In this document: in pieces, positions 42,081 through 54,649 of the stretch
How positions within the stretch are numbered: the first letter of the stretch is position 1
How the letters are laid out: the number at the start of each line of letters is the position of its first letter
DNA from: the human T2T-CHM13v2.0 reference genome, Homo sapiens
Strand: one strand, 5' to 3'
NCBI RefSeq assembly: GCF_009914755.1
Contig: NC_060929.1
Length of the DNA stretch: 64,000 bases
Position numbers and translations under genes: made by a program
The notes under the pieces: model-generated
What the model saw: only the letters and a program-made list of their open reading frames with translations
The model's database searches: none
What the model was told of the DNA's origin: nothing

Positions 42081-45000
42081 TTACACAGAGCAGATTTGAA
42101 ACACTCTTTTTGTGCAATTGGCAAGTGGAGATTTCAAGCGCTTTAAGGTCAATGGCAGAAAAGGAAATATCTTCGTTTCAAAACTAGACAGAATCATTCC
42201 CACAAACTGCGTTGTGATGTGTTCGGTCAACTCACAGAGTTTAACCTTTCTTTTCATAGAGCAGTTAGGAAACAGTCTGTTTGTCAATTCTGTAAGTGGA
42301 TATTCTGACATCTTGTGGCCTTCGTTGGAAACGGGATTTCTTCATATTCTGCTAGACAGAAGAATTCTCAGAATCTTCCTTGTGTTGTGTGTATTCAACT
42401 CACAGAGTTGAACGATCCTTTACACAGAGCAGACTTGATGCACTCTTTTTGTGGAATTTGCAAGTGGAGATTTCAGCCGCTTTGAGGTCCATGGTAGAAA
42501 AGGAAATATCTTCGTATAAAAACTAGACAGAATGATTCTCAGAAACTTCTTTGTGATGTGTGCGTTCAACTCACAGAGTTTAACCTTTCTTTTCATAGAG
42601 CAGTTAGGAAACACTCCGTTTGTAAACTCTGCAAGTGGATATTCAGACCTCTTTGAGGCCTTCATTGGAAACGGGATTTCTCCATACTATGCTAGACAGA
42701 AGAATTCTCAGTAACTTCCTTGTGTTGTGTGTATTCAACTCACAGAGTTGAACGATCCTTTACACAGAGCGGACTTGAAACACTCGTTTTGTGGAATTTG
42801 CAAGTGGAGATTTCAGCCGCGTTGAGGTCAATGGTAGAAAAGGAAATCTCTTCGTATAAAAACTAGACAGAATGATTCTCAGAAACTCCTTTGTGATGTG
42901 TGCGTTCAACTAACAGAGTTTAACCTTTCTTTTCATAGAGCAGTTAGGAAACACTCTGTTTGTAAAGTCTGCAAGTGGATATTCAGACCTCTTTGAGGCC
43001 TTCGTTGGAAACGGGTTTTTTCATATAAGGCTAGACAGAAGAAATCCCAGTAACTTCCTTGTGTTGTGTGTTTTTTAAGTCACAGAGTTGAACTTTCATT
43101 TACACAGAGCAGATTTGAAACACTCTTTTTGTGGAATTTGCAAGTGGAGATTTCAAGTGCTTTGAGGCCAATGGCAGAAAAGGAAATATCTTCGTATAAA
43201 AACTAGACAGAATCATTCTCAGAAACTGCTCTGCGATGTGTGCGTTCAACTCTCAGAGTTTAACTTTTCTTTTCATTCAGCAGTTTGGAAACACTCTGTT
43301 TGTAAAGTCTGCACGTGGATATTTTGACCACTTAGAGGCCTTCGTTGGAAACGGGTTTTTTTCCTGTAAGGCTAGACAGAAGAATTCCCAGTAACTTCCT
43401 TGTGTTGTGTACATTCAACTCACAGAGTTGAACGTTCCCTTAGACAGAGCAGATTTGAAACACTCTTTTTGTGCAATTGGCAAGTGGAGATTTCAAGCGC
43501 TTTAAGGTCAATGGCAGAAAAGGAAATATCTTCGTTTCAAAACTAGACAGAATCATTCCCACAAACTGCGTTGTGATGTGTTCGGTCAACTCACAGAGTT
43601 TAACCTTTCTTTTCATAGAGCAGTTAGGAAACAGTCTGTTTGTCAATTCTGTAAGTGGATATTCTGACATCTTGTGGCCTTCGTTGGAAACGGGATTTCT
43701 TCATATTCTGCTAGACAGAAGAATTCTCAGAATCTTCCTTGTGTTGTGTGTATTCAACTCACAGAGTTGAACGATCCTTTACACAGAGCAGACTTGATGC
43801 ACTCTTTTTGTGGAATTTGCAAGTGGAGATTTCAGCCGCTTTGAGGTCCATGGTAGAAAAGGAAATATCTTCGTATAAAAACTAGACAGAATGATTCTCA
43901 GAAACTTCTTTGTGAAGTGTGCGTTCAACTCACAGAGTTTAACCTTTCTTTTCATAGAGCAGTTAGGAAACACTCCGTTTGTAAACTCTGCAAGTGGATA
44001 TTCAGACCTCTTTGAGGCCTTCATTGGAAACGGGATTTCTCCATACTATGCTAGACAGAAGAATTCTCAGTAACTTCCTTGTGTTGTGTGTATTCAACTC
44101 ACAGAGTTGAACGATCCTTTACACAGAGCGGACTTGAAACACTCGTTTTGTGGAATTTGCAAGTGGAGATTTCAGCCGCGTTGAGGTCAATGGTAGAAAA
44201 GGAAATCTCTTCGTATAAAAACTAGACAGAATGATTCTCAGAAACTCCTTTGTGATGTGTGCGTTCAACTAACAGAGTTTAACCTTTCTTTTCATAGAGC
44301 AGTTAGGAAACACTCTGTTTGTAAAGTCTGCAAGTGGATATTCAGACCTCTTTGAGGCCTTCGTTGGAAACGGGTTTTTTCATATAAGGCTAGACAGAAG
44401 AATTCCCAGTAACTTCCTTGTGTTGTGTGTTTTTTAAGTCACAGAGTTGAACTTTCATTTACACAGAGCAGATTTGAAACACTCTTTTTGTGGAATTTGC
44501 AAGTGGAGATTTCAAGTGCTTTGAGGCCAATGGCAGAAAAGGAAATATCTTCGTATAAAAACTAGACAGAATCATTCTCAGAAACTGCTCTGCGATGTGT
44601 GCGTTCAACTCTCAGAGTTTAACTTTTCTTTTCATTCAGCAGTTTGGAAACACTCTGTTTGTAAAGTCTGCACGTGGATATTTTGACCACTTAGAGGCCT
44701 TCGTTGGAAACGGGTTTTTTTCCCGTAAGGCTAGACAGAAGAATTCCCAGTAACTTCCTTGTGTTGTGTACATTCAACTCACAGAGTTGAACGTTCCCTT
44801 AGACAGAGCATATTTGAAACACTCTTTTTGTGCAATTGGCAAGTGGAGATTTCAAGCGCTTTAAGGTCAATGGCAGAAAAGGAAATATCTTCGTTTCAAA
44901 ACTAGACAGAATCATTCCCACAAACTGCGTTGTGATGTGTTCGTTCAACTCACAGAGTTTAACCTTTCTTTTCATAGAGCAGTTAGGAAACAGTCTGTTT

Positions 45001-47514
45001 GTAAATTCTGTAAGTGGATATTCTGACATCTTGTGGCCTTCGTTGGAAACGGGATTTCTTCATATTCTGCTAGACAGAAGAATTCTCAGAATCTTCCTTG
45101 TGTTGTGTGTATTCAACTCACAGAGTTGAACGATCCTTTACACAGAGCAGACTTGATACAGTCTTTTTGTGGAATTTGCAAGTGGAGATTTCAGCCGCTT
45201 TGAGGTCCATGGTAGAAAAGGAAATATCTTCGTATAAAAACTAGACAGAATGATTCTCAGAAACTTCTTTGTGATGTGTGCGTTCAACTCACAGAGTTTA
45301 ACCTTTCTTTTCATAGAGCAGTTAGGAAACACTCTGTTTGTAAAGTCTGTAAGTGGATATACAGACCTCTTTGAGGCCTTCGTTGGAAACGGGATTTCTT
45401 CATACTATGCTAGACAGAAGAATTCTCAGTAACTTCCTTGTGTTGTGTGTATTCAACTCACAGAGTTGAACTATCCTTTACACAGAGCAGACTTGAAACA
45501 CTCGTTTTGAGGAATTTGCAAGTGGAGATTTCAGCCGCTTTGAGGTCAATGGTAGAAAAGGAAATCTCTTCGTATAAAAACTAGACAGAATGATTCTCAG
45601 AAACTCCTTTGTGATGTGTGCGTTCAACTCACAGAGTTTAACCTTTCTTTTCATAGAGCAGTTAGGAAACACTCTGTTTGTAAAGTCTGCAAGTGGATAT
45701 TCAGACCTCTTTGAGGCCTTCGTTGGAAACGGGTTTTTTTCATATAAGGCTAGACAGAAGAATTCCCAGTAACTTCCTTGTGTTGTGTGTGTTCAACTCA
45801 CAGAGTTGAACTCTCATTTACACAGAGCAGATTTGAAACACTCTTTTTGTGGAATTTGCAAGTGGAGATTTCAAGTGCTTTGAGGCCAAAGGCAGAAAAG
45901 GAAATATCTTCGTATAAAAACTAGACAGAATCATTCTCAGAAACTGCTCTGCGATGTGTGCGTTCAACTCTCAGAGTTTAACTTTTCTTTTCATTCAGCA
46001 GTTTGGAAACACTCTGTTTGTAAAGTCTGCACGTGGATATTTTGACCACTTAGAGGCCTTCGTTGGAAACGGGTTTTTTTCCTGTAAGGCTAGACAGAAG
46101 AATTCCCAGTAACTTCCTTGTGTTGTGTACATTCAACTCACAGAGTTGAACGTTCCCTTAGACAGAGCAGATTTGAAACACTCTTTGTGCAATTGGCAAG
46201 TGGAGATTTCAAGCGCTTTAAGGTCAATGGCAGAAAAGGAAATATCTTCGTTTCAAAACTAGACAGAATCATTCCCTCAAACTGCGTTGTGATGTGTTCG
46301 TTCAACTCACAGAGTTTAACCTTTCTTTTCATAGAGCAGTTAGGAAACAGTCTGTTTGTAAATTCTGTAAGTGGATATTCTGACATCTTGTGGCCTTCGT
46401 TGGAAACGGGATTTCTTCATATTCTGCTAGACAGAAGAATTCTCAGAATCTTCCTTGTGTTGTGTGTATTCAACTCACAGAGTTGAACGATCCTTTACAC
46501 AGAGCAGACTTGATACAGTCTTTTTGTGGAATTTGCAAGTGGAGATTTCAGCCGCTTTGAGGTCCATGGTAGAAAAGGAAATATCTTCGTATAAAAACTA
46601 GACAGAATGATTCTCAGAAACTTCTTTGTGATGTGTGCGTTCAACTCACAGAGTTTAACCTTTCTTTTCATAGAGCAGTTAGGAAACACTCTGTTTGTAA
46701 AGTCTGTAAGTGGATATACAGACCTCTTTGAGGCCTTCGTTGGAAACGGGATTTCTTCATACTATGCTAGACAGAAGAATTCTCAGTAACTTCCTTGTGT
46801 TGTGTGTATTCAACTCACAGAGTTGAACTATCCTTTACACAGAGCAGACTTGAAACACTCGTTTTGAGGAATTTGCAAGTGGAGATTTCAGCCGCTTTGA
46901 GGTCAATGGTAGAAAAGGAAATCTCTTCGTATAAAAACTAGACAGAATGATTCTCAGAAACTCCTTTGTGATGTGTGCGTTCAACTCACAGAGTTTAACC
47001 TTTCTTTTCATAGAGCAGTTAGGAAACACTCTGTTTGTAAAGTCTGCAAGTGGATATTCAGACCTCTTTGAGGCCTTCGTTGGAAACGGGTTTTTTTCAT
47101 ATAAGGCTAGACAGAAGAATTCCCAGTAACTTCCTTGTGTTGTGTGTGTTCAACTCACAGAGTTGAACTCTCATTTACACAGAGCAGATTTGAAACACTC
47201 TTTTTGTGGAATTTCCAAGTGGAGATTTCAAGTGCTTTGAGGCCAAAGGCAGAAAAGGAAATATCTTCGTATAAAAACTAGACAGAATCATTCTCAGAAA
47301 CTGCTCTGCGATGTGTGCGTTCAACTCTCAGAGTTTAACTTTTCTTTTCATTCAGCAGTTTGGAAACACTCTGTTTGTAAAGTCTGCACGTGGATATTTT
47401 GACCACTTAGAGGCCTTCGTTGGAAACGGGTTTTTTTCCTGTAAGGCTAGACAGAAGAATTCCCAGTAACTTCCTTGTGTTGTGTACATTCAACTCACAG
47501 AGTTGAACGTTCCC

Positions 47515-50231
47515 TTAGACAGAGCAGATTTGAAACACTCTTTGTGCAATTGGCAAGTGGAGATTTCAAGCGCTTTAAGGTCAATGGCAGAAAAGGAAAT
47601 ATCTTCGTTTCAAAACTAGACAGAATCATTCCCTCAAACTGCGTTGTGATGTGTTCGTTCAACTCACAGAGTTTAACCTTTCTTTTCATAGAGCAGTTAG
47701 GAAACAGTCTGTTTGTAAATTCTGTAAGTGGATATTCTGACATCTTGTGGCCTTCGTTGGAAACGGGATTTCTTCATATTCTGCTAGACAGAAGAATTCT
47801 CAGAATCTTCCTTGTGTTGTGTGTATTCAACTCACAGAGTTGAACGATCCTTTACACAGAGCAGACATGAAACACTCTTTTTGTGGAATTTGCAAGTGGA
47901 GATTTCAGCCGCTTTGAGGTCCATGGTAGAAAAGGAAATATCTTCGAATAAAAACTAGACAGAATGATTCTCAGAAACTTCTTTGTGATGTGTGCGTTCA
48001 ACTCACAGAGTTTAACCTTTCTTTTCATAGAGCAGTTAGGAAACACTCTGTTTGTAAACTCTGCAAGTGGACATTCAGACCTCTTTGAGGCCTTCGTTGG
48101 AAACGGGATTTCTTCATACTGTGCTAGACAGAAGAATTCTCATTAACTTCCTTGTGTTGTGTGTATTCAACTCACAGAGTTGAACGATCCTTTACACAGA
48201 GCGGACTTGAAACACTCTTTTTGTGGAATTTGCAAGTGGAGATTTCAGCCGCGTTGAGGTCAATGGTAGAAAAGGAAATCTCTTCGTATAAAAACTAGAC
48301 AGAATGATTCTCAGAAACTCCTTTGAGATGTGTGCGCTCAACTCACAGAGTTTAACCTTTCTTTTCATAGAGCAGTTAGGAAACACTCTGTTTGTAAAGT
48401 CTGCAAGTGGATATTCAGACCTCTTTGAGGCCTTCGTTGGAAACGGGTTTTTTTCAAATAAGACTAGACAGAAGAATTCCCAGTAACTTCCATGTGTTGT
48501 GTGTGTTCAACTCACAGAGTTGAACTTTCATTTACACAGAGTAGATTTGAAACACTCTTTTTGTGGAATTTGCAAATGGAGATTTCAAACTCTTTGAGGC
48601 CAAAGGCAGAAAAGGAAATATCTTCGTATAAAAACTAGACAGAATCATTCTCAGAAACTGCTCTGCGATGTGTGCGTTCAACTCTCAGAGTTTAACTTTT
48701 CTTTTCATTCAGCAGTTTGGAAACACTCTGTTTGTAAACTCTGCACGTGGATAATTTGACCACTTAGAGGTCTTCGTTGGAAACGGGTTTTTTTCATGTA
48801 ACGCTAGACAGAAGAATTCTCAGTAACTTCCTTGTGTTGTGTGTATTCAACTCACAGAGTTGAAGGATCCTTTACACAGAGCAGACTTGTAACACTCTTT
48901 TTGTGGAATTTGCAAGTGTAGATTTCAGCCGCTTTGAGGTCAATGGTAGAAAAGGAAATCTCTTCGTATAAAAACTAGACAGAATGATTCTCAGAAACTC
49001 CTTTGTGATGTGTGCGTTCAACTCACAGAGTTTAACCTTTCTTTTCATAGAGCAGTTAGGAAACACTCTGTTTGTAAAGTCTGCAAGTGGATATTCAGAC
49101 CTCTTTGAGGCCTTCGTTGGAAACGGGTTTTTTTCATATAAGGCTAGACAGAAGAATTCCCAGTAACTTCCATGTGTTGTGTGTGTTCAACTCACAGAGT
49201 TGAACTTTCATTTACACAGAGCAGATTTGAAACACTCTTTTTGTGGAATTTGCAAATGGAGATTTCAAGCGCTTTGAGGCCAGAGGCAGAAAAGGAAATA
49301 TCTTCGTATAAAAACTAGACAGAATCATTCTCAGAAACTGCTCTGCGATGTGTGCGTTCAACTCTCAGAGTTTAACTTTTCTTTTCATTCAGCAGTTTGG
49401 AAACACTCTGTTTGTAAAGTCTGCATGTGGATAATTTGACCACTTAGAGGTCTTCGTTGGAAACGGGTTTTTTTCATGTAAGGCTAGACAGAAGAATTCT
49501 CAGTAACTTCCTTGTGTTGTGTGTATTCAACTCACAGAGTTGAACGATCCTTTACACAGAGCAGACTTGTAACACTCTTTTTGTGGAATTTGCAAGTGGA
49601 GATTTCAGCCGCTTTGAAGTCAAAGGTAGAAAAGGAAATATCTTCCTATAAACACTAGACAGAATGATTCTCAGAAACTCCTTTGTGATGTGTGCGTTCA
49701 ACTCACAGAGTTTAACCTTTCTTTTCATAGAGCAGTTAGGAAACACTCTGTTTGTAAAGTCTGCAAGTGGATATTCAGACCTCTTTGAGGCCTTCGTTGG
49801 AAACGGGTTTTTTTCATATAAGGCTAGACAGAAGAATTCCCAGTAACTTCCATGTGTTGTGTGTGTTCAACTCACAGAGTTGAACGTTCCCTTAGACAGA
49901 GCAGATTTGAAACACTCTTTTTGTGGAATTTGCAAGTGGAGATTTCAAGCGCTTTGAGGCCAAAGGCAGAAAAGGAAATATCTTCGTATAAAAACTAGAC
50001 AGAATCATTCTCAGAAACTGCTCTGCGATGTGTGCGTTCAACTCTCAGAGTTTAACTTTTCTTTTCATTCAGCAGTTTGGAAACACTCTGTTTGTAAAGT
50101 CTGCACGTGGATATTTTGACCACTTAGAGGCCTTCGTTGGAAACGGGTTTTTTTCCTGTAAGGCTAGACAGAAGAATTCCCAGTAACTTCCTTGTGTTGT
50201 GTACATTCAACTCACAGAGTTGAACGTTCCC
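47515..50231 (+). repeat. 16-mer HOR variant (A-B-B-C-B-C-B-C) spanning the domain I/II junction
   Basis: A-dimer ORF ends at 47843 and 50562 are 2719 bp apart. Z markers occupy the first half and domain II markers the second half. Confidence 0.87.
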
Positions 50232-52270
50232 TTAGGCAGAGCAGATTTGAAACACTCTTTTTGTGCAATTGGCAAGTGGAGATTTCAAGCGCTTCAAGGT
50301 CAATGGCAGAAAAGGAAATATCTTCGTTTCAAAACTAGACAGAATCATTCCCACAAACTGCGTTGTGATGTGTTCGTTCAACTCACAGAGTTTAACCTTT
50401 CTTTTCATAGAGCAGTTAGGAAACAGTCTGTTTGTAAATTCTGTAAGTGGATATTCTGACATCTTGTGGCCTTCGTTGGAAACGGGATTTCTTCATATTC
50501 TGCTAGACAGAAGAATTCTCAGAATCTTCCTTGTGTTGTGTGTATTCAACTCACAGAGTTGAACGATCCTTTACACAGAGCAGACTTGAAACACTCTTTT
50601 TGTGGAATTTGCAAGTGGAGATTTCAGCCGCTTTGAGGTCCATGGTAGAAAAGGAAATATCTTCGTATAAAAACTAGACAGAATGATTCTCAGAAACTTC
50701 TTTGTGATGTGTGCGTTCAACTCACAGAGTTTAACCTTTCTTTTCATAGAGCAGTTAGGAAACACTCTGTTTGTAAACTCTGCAAGTGGATATTCAGACC
50801 TCTTTGAGGCCTTCGTTGGAAACGGGATTTCTTCATACTGTGCTAGACAGAAGAATTCTCATTAACTTCCTTGTGTTGTGTGTATTCAACTCACAGAGTT
50901 GAAGGATCCTTTACACAGAGCGGACTTGAAACACTCTTTTTGTGGAATTTGCAAGTGGAGATTTCAGCCGCTTTGAGGTCAATGGTAGAAAAGGAAATCC
51001 CTTCGTATAAAAACTAGACAGAATCATTCTCAGAAACTCCTTTGAGATGTGTGCGCTCAACTCACAGAGTTTAACCTTTCTTTTCATAGAGCAGTTAGGA
51101 AACACTCTGTTTGTAAAGTCTGCAAGTGGATATTCAGACCTCTTTGAGGCCTTCGTTGGAAACGGGATTTTTTCATATAAGGCTAGACAGAAGAATTCCC
51201 AGTAACTTCCATGTGTTGTGTGTGTTCAACTCACAGAGTTGAACTTTCATTTACACAGAGCAGATTTGAAACACTCTTTTTGTGGAATTTGCAAATGGAG
51301 GTTTCAAGCGCTTTGAGGCCAGAGGCAGAAAAGGAAATATCTTCGTATAAAAACTAGACAGAATCATTCTCAGAAACTGCTCTGCGATGTGTGCGTTCAA
51401 CTCTCAGAGTTTAACTTTTCTTTTCATTCAGCAGTTTGGAAACACTCTGTTTGTAAAGTCTGCATGTGGATAATTTGACCACTTAGAGGTCTTTGTTGGA
51501 AACGGGTTTTTTTCATGTAAGGCTAGACAGAAGAATTCTCAGTAACTTCCTTGTGTTGTGTGTATTCAACTCACAGAGTTGAACGATCCTTTACACAGAG
51601 CAGACTTGTAACACTCTTTTTGTGGAATTTGCAAGTGGAGATTTCAGCCGCTTTGAAGTCAAAGGTAGAAAAGGAAATATCTTCCTATAAACACTAGACA
51701 GAATGATTCTCAGAAACTCCTTTGTGATGTGTGCGTTCAACTCACAGAGTTTAACCTTTCTTTTCATAGAGCAGTTAGGAAACACTCTGTTTGTAAAGTC
51801 TGCAAGTGGATATTCAGACCTCTTTGAGGCCTTCGTTGGAAACGGGTTTTTTTCATATAAGGCTAGACAGAAGAATTCCCAGTAACTTCCTTGTGTTGTG
51901 TGTGTTCAACTCACAGAGTTGAACGTTCCCTTAGACAGAGCAGATTTGAAGCACTCTTTTTGTGGAATTTGCAAGTGGAGATTTCAAGCGCTTTGAGGCC
52001 AAAGGCAGAAAAGGAAATATCTTCGTATAAAAACTAGACAGAATCATTCTCAGAAACTGCTCTGCGATGTGTGCGTTCAACTCTCAGAGTTTAACTTTTC
52101 TTTTCATTCAGCAGTTTGGAAACACTCTGTTTGTAAAGTCTGCACGTGGATATTTTGACCACTTAGAGGCCTTCGTTGGAAACGGGTTTTTTTCCTGTAA
52201 GGCTAGACAGAAGAATTCCCAGTAACTTCCTTGTGTTGTGTACATTCAACTCACAGAGTTGAACGTTCCC

Positions 52271-54649
52271 TTAGACAGAGCAGATTTGAAACACTCTTTT
52301 TGTGCAATTGGCAAGTGGAGATTTCAAGCGCTTTAAGGTCAATGGCAGAAAAGGAAATATCTTCGTTTCAAAACTAGACAGAATCATTCCCACAAACTGC
52401 GTTGTGATGTGTTCGTTCATCTCACAGAGTTTAACCTTTCTTTTCATAGAGCAGTTAGGAAACACTCTGTTTGTAAATTCTGTAAGTGGATATTCTGACA
52501 TCTTGTGGCCTTCGTTGGAAACGGGATTTCTTCATACTGTGCTAGACAGAAGAATTCTCAGTAACTTCCTTGTGTTGTGTGTATTCAACTCACAGAGTTG
52601 AACGATCCTTTACACAGAGCAGACTTGAAACACTCTTTTTGTGGAATTTGCAAGTGGAGATTTCAGCCGCGTTGAGGTCCATGGTAGAAAAGGAAATATC
52701 TTCGTATAAAAACTAGACAGAATGATTCTCAGAAACTCCTTTGAGATGTGTGTGTTCAACTCACAGAGTTTAACCTTTCTTTTCATAGAGCAGTTAGGAA
52801 TCACTCTGTTTGTAAAGTCTGCAAGTGGATATTCAGACCTCTTTGAGGCCTTCGTTGGAAACGGGTTTTTTTCATATAAGGCTAGACAGAAGAATTCCCA
52901 GTAACTTCCTTGTGTTGTGTGTGTTCAACTCACAGAGTTGAACTTTCATTTACACAGAGCAGATTTGAAACACTCTTTTTGTGGAATTTGCAAATGGAGA
53001 TTTCAAGCACTTTGAGGCCAAAGGCAGAAAAGGAAATATCTTCGTAGAAAAACTAGACAGAATCATTCTCAGAAACTGCTCTGCGATGTGTGCGTTCAAC
53101 TCTCAGAGTTTAACTTTTCTTTTCATTCAGCAGTTTGGAAACACTCTGTTTGTAAAGTCTGCACGTGGATAATTTGACCACTTAGAGGTCTTCGTTGGAA
53201 ACGGGTTTTTTTCATGTAACGCTAGACAGAAGAATTCTCAGTAACTTCCTTGTGTTGTGTGTATTCAACTCACAGAGTTGAAGGATCCTTTACACAGAGC
53301 AGACTTGTAACACTCTTTTTGTGGAATTTGCAAGTGTAGATTTCAGCCGCTTTGAGGTCAATGGTAGAAAAGGAAATCTCTTCGTATAAAAACTAGACAG
53401 AATGATTCTCAGAAACTCCTTTGTGATGTGTGCGTTCAACTCACAGAGTTTAACCTTTCTTTTCATAGAGCAGTTAGGAAACACTCTGTTTGTAAAGTCT
53501 GCAAGTGGATATTCAGACCTCTTTGAGGCCTTCGTTGGAAACGGGTTTTTTTCATATAAGGCTAGACAGAAGAATTCCCAGTAACTTCCATGTGTTGTGT
53601 GTGTTCAACTCACAGAGTTGAACTTTCATTTACACAGAGCAGATTTGAAACACTCTTTTTGTGGAATTTGCAAATGGAGATTTCAAGCGCTTTGAGGCCA
53701 GAGGCAGAAAAGGAAATATCTTCGTATAAAAACTAGACAGAATCATTCTCAGAAACTGCTCTGCGATGTGTGCGTTCAACTCTCAGAGTTTAACTTTTCT
53801 TTTCATTCAGCAGTTTGGAAACACTCTGTTTGTAAAGTCTGCATGTGGATAATTTGACCACTTAGAGGTCTTCGTTGGAAACGGGTTTTTTTCATGTAAG
53901 GCTAGACAGAAGAATTCTCAGTAACTTCCTTGTGTTGTGTGTATTCAACTCACAGAGTTGAACGATCCTTTACACAGAGCAGACTTGTAACACTCTTTTT
54001 GTGGAATTTGCAAGTGGAGATTTCAGCCGCTTTGAAGTCAAAGGTAGAAAAGGAAATATCTTCCTATAAACACTAGACAGAATGATTCTCAGAAACTCCT
54101 TTGTGATGTGTGCGTTCAACTCACAGAGTTTAACCTTTCTTTTCATAGAGCAGTTAGGAAACACTCTGTTTGTAAAGTCTGCAAGTGGATATTCAGACCT
54201 CTTTGAGGCCTTCGTTGGAAACGGGTTTTTTTCATATAAGGCTAGACAGAAGAATTCCCAGTGACTTCCTTGTGTTGTGTGTGTTCAACTCACAGAGTTG
54301 AACGTTCCCTTAGACAGAGCAGATTTGAAACACTCTTTTTGTGGAATTTGCAAGTGGAGATTTCAAGCGCTTTGAGGCCAAAGGCAGAAAAGGAAATATC
54401 TTCGTATAAAAACTAGACAGAATCATTCTCAGAAACTGCTCTGCGATGTGTGCGTTCAACTCTCAGAGTTTAACTTTTCTTTTCATTCAGCAGTTTGGAA
54501 ACACTCTGTTTGTAAAGTCTGCACGTGGATATTTTGACCACTTAGAGGCCTTCGTTGGAAACGGGTTTTTTTCCTGTAAGGCTAGACAGAAGAATTCCCA
54601 GTAACTTCCTTGTGTTGTGTACATTCAACTCACAGAGTTGAACGTTCCC
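52271..54649 (+). repeat. 14-mer HOR variant (A-B-C-B-C-B-C, 2379 bp)
   Basis: A dimers start at 52271 and 54650; dimer order was read from the diagnostic motifs. Confidence 0.87.

Larger units (their letters stand above)
1..48700 (+). repeat. Array domain I: mosaic of 8-mer (X, Y) and 12-mer (Z, W) HOR variants
   Basis: Spacing between A dimers (GTGCAATTGGCAAG marker) is 1357-1359 or 2037-2040 bp, and twice 1018-1020 bp. Unit-specific SNVs (GATGCACTC, GATACAGTC, GACATGAAAC, TCTGAAGGTGG) are confined to this interval. Confidence 0.9.
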
